From positions 640,001 to 704,000 of the forward strand of contig CAWEYL010000001.1 in NCBI GenBank assembly GCA_963813335.1: a DNA stretch of 64,000 nucleotides, read 5' to 3'. This document shows, piece after piece, positions 51,714 through 60,846 of this stretch. A model generated the notes under the pieces. That model ran no database searches. It was given only the letters and a program-made list of their open reading frames with translations, and was not told the DNA's origin. The stretch is from an uncultured Chloroflexia bacterium. GTDB taxonomy: Bacteria > Chloroflexota > Limnocylindria > Limnocylindrales > CSP1-4. The translations under genes and the position numbers were made by a program. Each line of letters begins with the position of its first letter. The stretch's first letter is position 1.

Positions 51714-52946
51714 GTGGTCGGTAAGCCGATCCGTCGGAGTTCCGTCAGCGTCGACGTCGGCGGGGTGCTGGTCGGCAGTGCGCACCCGGTCGTCGTCCAG
51801 TCGATGACCAACACCGACACCGCCGACGCGGACGGGACCGCGCTCCAGGTCGCCCGGCTGGCCCACGCCGGCTCGCAGCTCGTCCGCGTGACGGTCAACA
51901 CGGAGGAGGCGGCCGCAGCGGTCCCCGAGATGGTCCGCAAGGTCCGCGGCCTCGGCGTGGACGTGCCGATCGTCGGCGACTTCCACTACAACGGCCACCA
52001 GCTGCTGGTGGCGTATCCGGAGACGGCCCGCCTGCTGGCGAAGTACCGGATCAACCCCGGCAACGTCGGCGGGAAGCGCCACGACGAGCACTTCGCGACG
52101 ATCGTCAAGGTCGCCATCGACAACGACAAGCCGGTCCGCATCGGGGTGAACTGGGGCTCGCTCGACCAGGCCGTCCTGACCGAACTCATGGACGCCAACG
52201 CGACCGCCCCCGAGCCGCGCGACGCCCGCGACGTGATGATCGACGCCATGCTCGAGTCCGCGATGCGCTCGGCCGAGCTCGCCGAGGCGACCGGCATGCG
52301 CCACGACCGCATCATCCTCTCGGCGAAGGTGAGCGGCGTCCGCGACCTGGTCGATACGTACCGCCGGCTGGCCGCGCGCTCCGACTACCCGCTCCACCTC
52401 GGGCTGACCGAGGCCGGGATGGGCGACAAGGGCGTCATCGCCTCGACCGCGGGGCTGTCGATCCTGCTCAACGAGGGGATCGGCGACACGATCCGCGTCT
52501 CGCTCACGCCGGAGCCCGGCGCGCCGCGCGAGCGCGAGGTCGAGATCGCCCAGCAGGTGCTCCAGTCCATGGGGCTGCGCTCATTCCTGCCCCAGGTCAG
52601 CGCCTGCCCGGGCTGCGGCCGCACTACCAGCACGTTCTTCCAGGAGATGGCGCAGCAGATCCAGGGCTACCTCAAGGACCGGATGCCCGTCTGGCGCGAG
52701 ACCCATCCCGGCGCCGAGGACCTGCGCGTGGCGGTCATGGGCTGTGTGGTCAACGGCCCGGGCGAATCGAAGCACGCGGACATCGGGATCTCCCTGCCGG
52801 GCACCTTCGAGGAACCGGTCGCGCCGGTCTTCATCGACGGCCGGCTCGACCGGACGCTGCGCGGCGACGGGCTGGTCGACGAGTTCATCGGGATCCTGGA
52901 GGCGTACGTCGCCGAGCGGTTCCCGACCCCGGTCACGACCCACTGA
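51714..52946 (+). CDS. ispG: HMBPP synthase (true start may be 51629 if a one-base insertion is present)
   Basis: [48 protein letters not shown]. Confidence 0.97.
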   Translation: MVGKPIRRSSVSVDVGGVLVGSAHPVVVQSMTNTDTADADGTALQVARLAHAGSQLVRVTVNTEEAAAAVPEMVRKVRGLGVDVPIVGDFHYNGHQLLVAYPETARLLAKYRINPGNVGGKRHDEHFATIVKVAIDNDKPVRIGVNWGSLDQAVLTELMDANATAPEPRDARDVMIDAMLESAMRSAELAEATGMRHDRIILSAKVSGVRDLVDTYRRLAARSDYPLHLGLTEAGMGDKGVIASTAGLSILLNEGIGDTIRVSLTPEPGAPREREVEIAQQVLQSMGLRSFLPQVSACPGCGRTTSTFFQEMAQQIQGYLKDRMPVWRETHPGAEDLRVAVMGCVVNGPGESKHADIGISLPGTFEEPVAPVFIDGRLDRTLRGDGLVDEFIGILEAYVAERFPTPVTTH

Positions 52947-52954
52947 CGCGGCTC

Positions 52955-54496
52955 GTGTCCGCGACGTCCCGACGCCGCGACCGCGCGTGGCCGTGGCTCG
53001 CCCTCGCGCTGATCGTGCTGGTCGGCGTCGGCCTGCGGGCGATCCCGCTCCTCCGCTCCGGCGGGCTCTTCTCCGGCATCCAGTACGACGACGGTGTCCA
53101 CCTCTGGGGTGCCGCCCTGCTCGCCGGCGGGCACCTGCCGTACGCCGATTTCACCTTCCTGCACCCGCCCGGCATCATGCTCGCCATGGCGCCGTTCGGG
53201 GCGCTCGTCGACGGCGGGGATCCGCGCACGGCGCTGGTCCTCAGCCGCTGGCTCGTGGTGCTCGTCGCGGCCCTGAACATCCTCCTGATCGCGGACCTCG
53301 GGCGCCGCTGGCGCGGCTGGCCGACCGGCCTCCTCGCCGCGAGCCTGTATGCCGTGAGCCTGGGGGCGCTGATCGCCGATGCGACGATCCTCCTCGAGCC
53401 CTTCCTGAGCCTCGCCTGCCTTGCCGCGCTCGACGTCTGGCTCGCCGGCGAGCGCAGTCGCCAGACGGCGCTCCGCTGCGTGGTCGTCGGCGCGCTGCTG
53501 GCGATCGGGCTCGCCTTCAAGCTGTGGGCCGCGGCCTACATCGTCGTCATCGGCGGGGTCTTCCTGCTGCGCGGCTCGTGGCGCGAACTCGCATGGACGG
53601 CCGTCGGTGGCGTCGTGGCCGGGGCCGTGCTGATCCTGCCATTCGTGGCGGCGGCCCCGGCTGCCTTCGTCCAGCAGGTCCTCGCGGTGCAGGCTGCCCG
53701 GTCCGCCGACGGCATCGACGTCCCCGCGGACCGGCTGACCGCGATGTTCGCCTTCGGGCCGGTCGGGGTCGGCGGGCAGGCGGTGGTCGGCGTGGCCGCG
53801 GCGGTCCTCGTGCTCGCGCTGGCCGGCGTCGTCGCCTGGCGCGGCGGGATGTTCGGCGCGGTCCTGGCGGCGCTCCTGGCGCTCATGACCGCGATGTTCA
53901 TCCTGTCGCCGAGCTTCTACGACCACTACCCGGCGTTCCTCGTGCCGATCGCCGCGCTCGTGATCGCGGGCGCGACGACCCTTGCGCTGGAGGCGCTCGG
54001 CCGGCGCGCACCGCGGCCGGCGACGACCGCTGCCGCCCTGCTCGTCGTCGCCGTGCTGGTCGGGGTCGGCGGGGTCCGGGCCATCCGCCAGACCATGCTC
54101 GGTCCCGGCCCGGAGGACCTCGGCGCGCAGATCGCGCGACTCGTCCCGGCCGATGCCTGCATCACCGCGGATGACCCCACCTGGCTGCTCGTCGCCGGGA
54201 GGTCACCACGTCCCGCTGCCGGCCAGCGACCGGTCGCCGACCTCTTCGGGGAGCGGGTCTTCCGCGCGACCGCCGGTGGCACGATCCGGTTCCCGACGAC
54301 CGGCGAGCTGCTGCTGGACGATGCCAGCCAGGATGCCCTTGCGAGCTACCTCGAGAGCTGCCCGTACGTGGTGCTCGGGGACGTCAAGGACGACACGTGG
54401 GCGGAGGACCGCTGGGCGGCCTTCACGGCCAGTCATCGCCTGATCGCGGACTGGACGGCCACCGGCGGGCCGCAGGTCTGGCAGGCCGCGTCCTGA
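52955..54496 (+). CDS. GT-C fold integral membrane glycosyltransferase (PMT/GT87-like)
   Basis: First-loop YDDGV acidic pair, PYADF..HPPG, LLEP, conserved K in a TM, about 11 TMs plus a C-terminal soluble domain. Confidence 0.78.
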   Translation: MSATSRRRDRAWPWLALALIVLVGVGLRAIPLLRSGGLFSGIQYDDGVHLWGAALLAGGHLPYADFTFLHPPGIMLAMAPFGALVDGGDPRTALVLSRWLVVLVAALNILLIADLGRRWRGWPTGLLAASLYAVSLGALIADATILLEPFLSLACLAALDVWLAGERSRQTALRCVVVGALLAIGLAFKLWAAAYIVVIGGVFLLRGSWRELAWTAVGGVVAGAVLILPFVAAAPAAFVQQVLAVQAARSADGIDVPADRLTAMFAFGPVGVGGQAVVGVAAAVLVLALAGVVAWRGGMFGAVLAALLALMTAMFILSPSFYDHYPAFLVPIAALVIAGATTLALEALGRRAPRPATTAAALLVVAVLVGVGGVRAIRQTMLGPGPEDLGAQIARLVPADACITADDPTWLLVAGRSPRPAAGQRPVADLFGERVFRATAGGTIRFPTTGELLLDDASQDALASYLESCPYVVLGDVKDDTWAEDRWAAFTASHRLIADWTATGGPQVWQAAS

Positions 54497-54521
54497 CGCG
54501 GTCCCGGGACCGGTCTCCCGA

Positions 54522-54550
54522 TTGAGCGTCCACCCATCCGGGTGTATACT
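54522..54550 (+). promoter_or_regulatory. Housekeeping sigma promoter of the nusA-infB operon
   Basis: TTGAGC (54522-27), 17-nt spacer, TATACT (54545-50). Confidence 0.75.
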
Positions 54551-54567
54551 CCACGTCCAACTGAACG

Positions 54568-54612
54568 GCCGCTCCGTGACGTGGGTGACCCCCACGTTTT
54601 GTTTTGAGCGGC
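54568..54612 (+). promoter_or_regulatory. nusA leader attenuator (rimP/ylxS-leader-like terminator hairpin)
   Basis: ACGTGGG-TGACC-CCCACGT followed by TTTGTTTT, between promoter and nusA start. Confidence 0.72.
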
Positions 54613-54647
54613 GCGCGAATACCGACTACAGCGAAACGGAGGCCATC

Positions 54648-56030
54648 GTGAGTCGAGACTTCGTCGGTGCCCTCCTGCAACTCAACGCCGAAAAGCAGAT
54701 CTCCCGCGAACAGCTGATCGGCGCCGTCGAGGACGGCATCCAGTCCGCCTATCGCCGCGTCGCCGGTGACGAGGACATCCACGTCCGGATCGATGCCGAG
54801 ACCGGCAAGATCCGGGTCTACCGCGCCCGCCGCGTCGTCGAGGAGATCGAGGACGAGTTCACGGAGATGACCGTCGACCAGGCGCAGGCCTTCGACAAGA
54901 CCGCCAGCGTCGGCGATCTCGTCGAGACCGAGCAGCTCGACGGCGACGTCTTCGGCCGGATCGGCGCCCAGACCGCCAAGCAGATCGTCCTGCAGCGCAT
55001 CCGCGAGGTCGAGCGCGACCAGGTCTTCGACCAGTTCGCGAACCGCGAGGGCGAGCTGATCACCGGTACCGTCAACCGTGTCGAGCCGCGCGGCCTGATC
55101 CTCGACGTCGGCAAGGGCGTCGAAGCGGTGCTGCGACCGTCCGAGCAGAGCGCCCTCGAGCATTACCGCATCGGGCAGAACGTCAAGGCGTTCGTCCTCG
55201 AGGTCCGCCGTGCGACGCGCGGCCCCGAGATCCTCGTGAGCCGTACCCACAAGGGCTTCCTCAAGCGCCTGTTCGAGCTCGAGGTCCCGGAGATCCACAG
55301 CGGCACGGTCGAGATCAAGGCGATCGCCCGCGAGGCGGGCAGCCGCTCGAAGGTCGCCGTCGCGTCCCGGCAGGACGGCCTCGACCCGGTCGGGGCGACG
55401 GTCGGCCAGCGCGGCGCGCGCGTCCAGGCCGTGGTCGCCGAGCTGTCGGGCGAGAAGATCGACGTGATCCCCTGGAACGACGACGCCGGCGTCTTCGTCG
55501 CCAACGCCCTGAGCCCGGCGCAGGTGATCTCCGTCGACATCGACGAGGAGCACCGCATCGCGAGCGTCACGGTCCCGGAGCGGATGCTGTCGCTGGCCAT
55601 CGGCCGGGAGGGCCAGAACGCCCGGCTCGCGGCGCGGCTGACCGGCTGGCGCATCGATATCCGCAGCGACGTGTCCGTCGCCGAAGCCCGCGCGGCCGCT
55701 GACGCGGCCCCGGTCGTCGTGGACGAGGTTCCGGCCGTCGCGCCCGCCCCCGATGCCGTCGAGGCGCCGGCCAAGCCGAAGCGGGCCACCAGGAAGGTCG
55801 CCGTCGCGGCGGATGCCGCCGACGCTGCCCCGGCGGAGACGACCGTCGATGCGCCCGTGGCGCCCGAGACGCCAGCGGCACCCGCCAAGCCGAAGCGCGC
55901 CACCAAGAAGGCCGCCGAGACGACCGAAGCGGTCGCCGAGATCGCGGTCGCCGAGACCCCGGCCGCGGCACCCGCCAAGCCGAAGCGCACCACCAAGAAG
56001 GCGGCCGCAGCGGACGAGGTGACGTCGTAG
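54648..56030 (+). CDS. nusA: Transcription termination/antitermination factor NusA with basic repeat tail
   Basis: FGRIGAQTAKQ, S1, LEVPEI, AREAGSRSKVAV, AIGREGQNARLA. Confidence 0.98.
   Translation: MSRDFVGALLQLNAEKQISREQLIGAVEDGIQSAYRRVAGDEDIHVRIDAETGKIRVYRARRVVEEIEDEFTEMTVDQAQAFDKTASVGDLVETEQLDGDVFGRIGAQTAKQIVLQRIREVERDQVFDQFANREGELITGTVNRVEPRGLILDVGKGVEAVLRPSEQSALEHYRIGQNVKAFVLEVRRATRGPEILVSRTHKGFLKRLFELEVPEIHSGTVEIKAIAREAGSRSKVAVASRQDGLDPVGATVGQRGARVQAVVAELSGEKIDVIPWNDDAGVFVANALSPAQVISVDIDEEHRIASVTVPERMLSLAIGREGQNARLAARLTGWRIDIRSDVSVAEARAAADAAPVVVDEVPAVAPAPDAVEAPAKPKRATRKVAVAADAADAAPAETTVDAPVAPETPAAPAKPKRATKKAAETTEAVAEIAVAETPAAAPAKPKRTTKKAAAADEVTS
55767..56000 (+). repeat. Three copies of a 30-bp unit encoding PAKPKR(A/T)T(R/K)K in the NusA tail
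   Basis: Copies at about 55767, 55881 and 55971. Confidence 0.85.
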
Positions 56031-56344
56031 GCGCGGCCGCCCGCGCGTCGGCTCCCCGGCGCGTCCCGAACCGCTCCTGCGTCGTCTGTCGGACGGTCTA
56101 CCCGAAACGGGAGCTGTTGCGTATCGTTCGGACGCCGGACGGCTCGGTCGTGGCCGACCCGACCGGCCGACTGGCCGGGCGCGGCGCCTATGTCTGCCAC
56201 CAGGAAGCCTGCCGTTCGCAGGCGATCAGCAAGGGTGCCCTGAGCCGGGCACTCCACACCGCCGTCCCGAGCGACGTCAAGGCGACGCTCGAGGCAGCCA
56301 TCATCACCGACACCACCGAAGGAGGAGCCCGTGGCCAGGAGTAG
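56027..56344 (+). CDS. ylxR: YlxR/RnpM (DUF448) RNA-binding protein; no canonical start upstream of the conserved N-terminus
   Basis: [26 protein letters not shown]; the track's TTG at 56117 lies inside the domain. Confidence 0.88.
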   Translation, partial: VGAAARASAPRRVPNRSCVVCRTVYPKRELLRIVRTPDGSVVADPTGRLAGRGAYVCHQEACRSQAISKGALSRALHTAVPSDVKATLEAAIITDTTEGGARGQE

Positions 56345-58236
56345 GAGCGGCACGCGCGGCCGGCGCGGGCCCCGCAAGCCACCGCGTCGAGACGGCGCAT
56401 TCAATGGCGGGAACGTCCAGGTCGCCGATCCGCGCGAGCGCGGCGCGATCGAGCTGCCGGGCACCATCACCGTCAAGGAGCTTGCCGAGCTCCTGTCGGT
56501 CAACCCGGCGGACGTCATCCGCGAGCTGATCAAGAGCGGCATCTTCGCGACCATCAACCAGCTGATCGACCGCGACACCGCGTCGCTGGTCGCCGGCGAG
56601 CTCGGCTACGAAGTGGCCGAGACCGTCGCGGCGACCGCCGGCGTGGCCGACGCCGACGGCGAGGCCAAGGTGGACGCCGCGACCAAGGAGGTCCTCTTCG
56701 AGGAGGACGATCCCTCGGAGCTCCAGCCGCGAGCCCCGATCGTGACCGTCATGGGCCACGTCGACCACGGCAAGACCAGCCTGCTCGACGCGCTCCGCTC
56801 GACCGAGGTCGCCGCCGGCGAGCGTGGTGGCATCACCCAGCACATCGGGGCGAGCGAGGTCACCCACGACGGCAAGCGCGTGGTCTTCCTCGACACGCCG
56901 GGTCACGAGGCGTTCACGGCCATGCGCGCCCGCGGCGCGAAGGTCACCGACATCGCGATCGTCGTGGTCGCCGCGGACGACGGGGTCATGCCCCAGACGC
57001 TCGAGGCCATCAGCCACGCCAAGGCGGCCAAGGTGCCGATCATCATCGCGCTCAACAAGATCGACAAGCCGGATTCGAACCCGGACCGTGTGAAGACCGA
57101 GCTCACCGAGGCCGGCATCGTGGTCGAGGAGTACGGCGGCGACGTGCCGCTCGTGCCGGTCTCGGCCAAGAGCCGCCAGGGCCTCGACGAGCTGATCGAG
57201 ATGGTCCTGCTGGTCGCCGACCTCCAGGAGCTCAAGGCGAACCCGAAGCGGAGCGCGGTCGGCACCATCGTGGAGGCGGAACTCGACAAGGGCCGCGGCC
57301 CCGTCGCGACCGCCCTCATCCAGACCGGCACGCTCAAGGTCGGCGACATCATCGTCGTCGGCGAGACCTTCGGCCGCGTCCGGGCGCTCGAGAACGACAA
57401 GGGCAAGCGCGTCACCAAGGCCGGACCCGCCTCGGCGGTGGTCGTCCTCGGCCTCGCCGACGTACCCCAGGCCGGCGACATCCTGCGCGTCGCCTCTGAC
57501 GAGAAGGAAGCCCGCACGCTCGTCGAGAGCCGCAAGGCCGAAATCGGCGGCGCGGGCCGGCGACGGCAGCGGGCGCGCGACCCTCGAGGACCTCTACCGC
57601 CAGATCCAGGCCGGCCAGGCCAAGGAGCTGCGGATCATCCTCAAGGCCGACGTGTCCGGCTCGCTGGGTGCCATCACCCACGCGCTCGAGCAGCTCGACC
57701 AGGACGAGATCCGGGTCAACGTCCTGCTCGAGGGCGCCGGCGACATCACCGACAACGACATCATGCTGGCGACCGCGTCGGACGCGATCGTGGTCGGCTT
57801 CAACACCAAGATCACCGAAACGGCCCGCCGTTCCGCCGAGGCGGAGGGCGTCGACGTCCGGCTCTACGACATCATCTACAAGCTGACCGACGACATCGGG
57901 GCGGCCCTGAAGGGCCTGCTCGAGCCCGTCGTCGTCGAGGTGGTCGAGGGCCGCGCGGAGGTCCGCCAGATCTTCCGGGTCGGCAAGAGCACGGTCATCG
58001 CCGGCTGCTACGTCACCGACGGGCGGATCGTCCGCGGCGGCGCGCGCGTCTGGCGCGGCGGCAAGATCGTGGCGACCGACAAGATCGAGTCCCTGCGCCG
58101 CTTCCGCGACGACGTCCGCGAGGTGCTCGCCAACTACGAGTGCGGCATCGGCCTCGCCGATTACCACGACCTCGAGGAAGGCGACATCATCGAGTGTTTC
58201 ACCTCTCAGACCGTTAGCCGGGCTGTGACCGGCTAA
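56331..58236 (+). CDS. infB: Translation initiation factor IF-2 (short form); frame broken by an extra A at 57541-57543
   Basis: [21 protein letters not shown]; the C-terminal ADVSGS..ECGI part is in the next frame. Confidence 0.97.
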
Positions 58237-58240
58237 CGGG

Positions 58241-58364
58241 GTCGCCGCCCCGAACGCCCACGCGTGCGTTGCCATCTGCGCTCCTCGCTCACGCACCTTG
58301 GGGTGCGCTCGCTCTGGTGCTCGATGGCGCCTTCGTGTGGACGCCCGGCATCGGCGACGGCTAG
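58241..58364. repeat. Long imperfect palindromic element (MITE/RPE-like) in the infB-rbfA gap
   Basis: Nested stems GTCGCCG/CGGCGAC, CCACGCG/CGTGTGG, GCCATC/GATGGC, GCACC/GGTGC; only one copy seen in the window. Confidence 0.55.
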
Positions 58365-58377
58365 GTAAGGACCGTCG

Positions 58378-58866
58378 ATGACGCAACGCACGAACAAACT
58401 GGATCAGCTCCTGCGGGAAGAGATCGGGTCGATCGTGAGCCGCGATGTCGCGGATCCGCGCGTCGGGTTCGTCACCATCACTAGCGTCGAGACGACGCCG
58501 GACCTGCGGCATGCCAAGGTCTGGGTGAGCGTGATCGGGCAACCGGCGGAGCGGACCGCGGCCATCGCCGCGCTCGGTCGGGCCATGCCGTTCGTCCGCC
58601 GCGAGCTGGGCGTCCGGCTGCGCCTCAAGCGCATCCCGGACCTGCACGTCCACGAGGACGACACGGCGGAGCGGGGGACCCGCGTGCTGCAGCTGCTCAA
58701 CGACCTCGAGCGCGGCGAGGAGCCCGCCGTCGACCTCGCGACCGGCGAATCGCTGCCGACCCCCGTCGCCCGCCTGCCGCACGACGGCGACCTCGGCGAG
58801 GAGCCGCCCTCGGCGGTGCGCCCGCCGGTCCGCCGGAAGCGGTCGACCTCGAAGGCGCGCCGGTGA
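58378..58866 (+). CDS. rbfA: Ribosome-binding factor A
   Basis: DPRVGFVTIT.V..TPDLRHAKV, LKRIPDL. Confidence 0.96.
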   Translation: MTQRTNKLDQLLREEIGSIVSRDVADPRVGFVTITSVETTPDLRHAKVWVSVIGQPAERTAAIAALGRAMPFVRRELGVRLRLKRIPDLHVHEDDTAERGTRVLQLLNDLERGEEPAVDLATGESLPTPVARLPHDGDLGEEPPSAVRPPVRRKRSTSKARR

Positions 58867-59882
58867 CCGTCGATCTCTCGCCATATCTGGACGCGGTCCC
58901 GGACATCGTCGTCGAGCGGCTGCGCGCCGCGCGGCGCGTGCTGGCCGTGGGCCACGAGAACCCGGACGCCGACACGCTCGGGGCCAGCCTCGCGATCGTC
59001 CATCTCGTGGAGGCGCTCGGCGGCGCCGCCGACCCGGTCACGTCCGACCCGCCGCCCCCGCTGTACGACTTCCTGACCGGCGTGGACCGCGTCCGCCGTG
59101 ACCCGGACCCGGCCGCCGACTACGACCTCGTCGTGATCTCGGACTGCGGCTCGCTCGAGCGGGTCGGGTCGGTCGGGGTCCGCCATGCGGACCTGTTCGC
59201 GCGGGTGCCGCGCATCGTCATCGACCACCACGCGTCGAACCAGGTCGAGGGAGACGCCGACTGGGTGGACCCCGACGCCGCCGCGACCTGCGAGATGGTG
59301 ACGCTGCTCGCGGTCCGTCTCGGCATCCCGCTCGACATCGACGGCGGGGCCATGGCGACCGCCTTGATGGGTGGCATCGTGATGGATACCGCGACCTTCG
59401 CCCACCCGAACGCCACCCCGCGCACCCTGGCCGTCTCGGCGGCCCTGGTGGCGGCCGGCGCCCCGCTCTCGGACATCTCGAGGCGCCTCTATCGGACCAA
59501 GCCGGACACCCAGCTCCGCCTGTTCGGGCTCGTGCTGGGACGCATGCAGAGCGTGGACGGCGGGCGGATCGTCTGGTCGACCCTCGAGGACGGGGACCTC
59601 GTCGAGACCGGCACCCAGCCGCCGCACTCCGAGGGCATCATCGACCTGCTCGCCCAGGCCGAGGACGCCGAGGTGGCCATCCTGTTCAAGGAGGACGCTC
59701 GCGGCACGCGGCTGAGCGTCCGGACCCGGCCCGGCGGCGTGGACGCGACCGTGCTCACCGGGACGTTCGGCGGGGGAGGGCACGCCCGCGCGGCGGGAGC
59801 CACGCTCGCGATGCCGATCGCCGAGGCGCAGCCGGTCGTCCTGGCCGAGGCGAAGCGGCTCGTGGCCGACGTCCGGCGCTGA
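58863..59882 (+). CDS. nrnA: DHH/DHHA1 phosphoesterase (NrnA-like nanoRNase/pAp phosphatase)
   Basis: HENPDAD, IDHH, DTATF, GGGGH. Confidence 0.88.
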   Translation: MTVDLSPYLDAVPDIVVERLRAARRVLAVGHENPDADTLGASLAIVHLVEALGGAADPVTSDPPPPLYDFLTGVDRVRRDPDPAADYDLVVISDCGSLERVGSVGVRHADLFARVPRIVIDHHASNQVEGDADWVDPDAAATCEMVTLLAVRLGIPLDIDGGAMATALMGGIVMDTATFAHPNATPRTLAVSAALVAAGAPLSDISRRLYRTKPDTQLRLFGLVLGRMQSVDGGRIVWSTLEDGDLVETGTQPPHSEGIIDLLAQAEDAEVAILFKEDARGTRLSVRTRPGGVDATVLTGTFGGGGHARAAGATLAMPIAEAQPVVLAEAKRLVADVRR

Positions 59883-59884
59883 CG

Positions 59885-60838
59885 ATGGCCCACCGATCGC
59901 TCGGCCCGGGGCTCGACGGCATCCTCGTGATCGCCAAGCCTGGCGGACCCACCTCGCACGACGTGGTGGCCCTGGTGCGCCGTCTCGCCGCCACCAGGCG
60001 GGTCGGCCACGGCGGGACCCTCGACCCCTTCGCGTCGGGGGTGCTGCCGGTCTTCCTCGGCCACGGGACGCGGGTCGTGGAATACCACTCGGGCGACCGG
60101 AAAGGCTACCGCGCGACCGTCTGCTTCGGGGCCTCGTCGTCCACCGACGACCTCGAGGGCGAGCTCGTGCCATCGAGTGGGCCGGCGCCGACGCGCGAGA
60201 CGGTCCAGGCGGCCCTGGCCGCGTTCACCGGCGCGATCTCGCAGCGCCCACCGGCGTTCAGTGCCATCAAGGTCGGCGGGCGCCGCGCCTACGCGCTGGC
60301 TCGCGCGGGCGAGACCGTCGTGCTCGCCGAGCGCGAGGTCACCATCCACGAGCTGACGATGCTCGAGTGGGACGGCAGCGACCCCGATCGCCCGATCGCG
60401 ATCCTCGACGTCAGCTGCTCCGCGGGCACGTACATCCGGGCGCTCGCGCGCGACCTCGGCGATCGGCTGGGGACGGCCGCCTACCTGGGCTCGCTCGTGC
60501 GGACGGCATCGGGGCCGTTCCGGCTGGATGCCGCCATCCCGCTCGACGCCGTGCGCGACGCGGCTGCGGGCGGTCCGGCGGGCCTCGTGCCGCTGCTCCA
60601 GCCGATCGACACCGGCCTCGAGGCCTTCCCCGAGGTCGCATTGACCGCCGAGGAGACCCGCAGCGTCGCCCGCGGCCAGTTCGTCTCGCCTGCGGCGGGC
60701 CTGCCCGGCCCGTCCGACCACTACCGGCTGCGCGGCCCGGACGGCGCGCTCGTCGCGATCGCGAGCTCGTCCGGCGGCCGCCTCGCCCCGGACAAGGTCT
60801 TCGCGAGCCCGGCGCCGGTCGTGGCCGCACGGGCCTGA
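59885..60838 (+). CDS. truB: tRNA pseudouridine(55) synthase
   Basis: KPGGPTSHD, GHGGTLDP, PPAFSAIK, CSAGTYIR. Confidence 0.97.
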   Translation: MAHRSLGPGLDGILVIAKPGGPTSHDVVALVRRLAATRRVGHGGTLDPFASGVLPVFLGHGTRVVEYHSGDRKGYRATVCFGASSSTDDLEGELVPSSGPAPTRETVQAALAAFTGAISQRPPAFSAIKVGGRRAYALARAGETVVLAEREVTIHELTMLEWDGSDPDRPIAILDVSCSAGTYIRALARDLGDRLGTAAYLGSLVRTASGPFRLDAAIPLDAVRDAAAGGPAGLVPLLQPIDTGLEAFPEVALTAEETRSVARGQFVSPAAGLPGPSDHYRLRGPDGALVAIASSSGGRLAPDKVFASPAPVVAARA

Positions 60839-60846
60839 CGAGCGAC

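Noticed and set aside
55767-56000. CRISPR-like spaced 30-bp repeats
   Set aside because: The repeats are in-frame coding repeats in the nusA tail with unequal spacing, and there are no cas genes.
57535-57560. Programmed frameshifting in infB, smc or the LCP gene
   Set aside because: There is no slippery heptamer or shared context, and single-base consensus errors are a simpler explanation.
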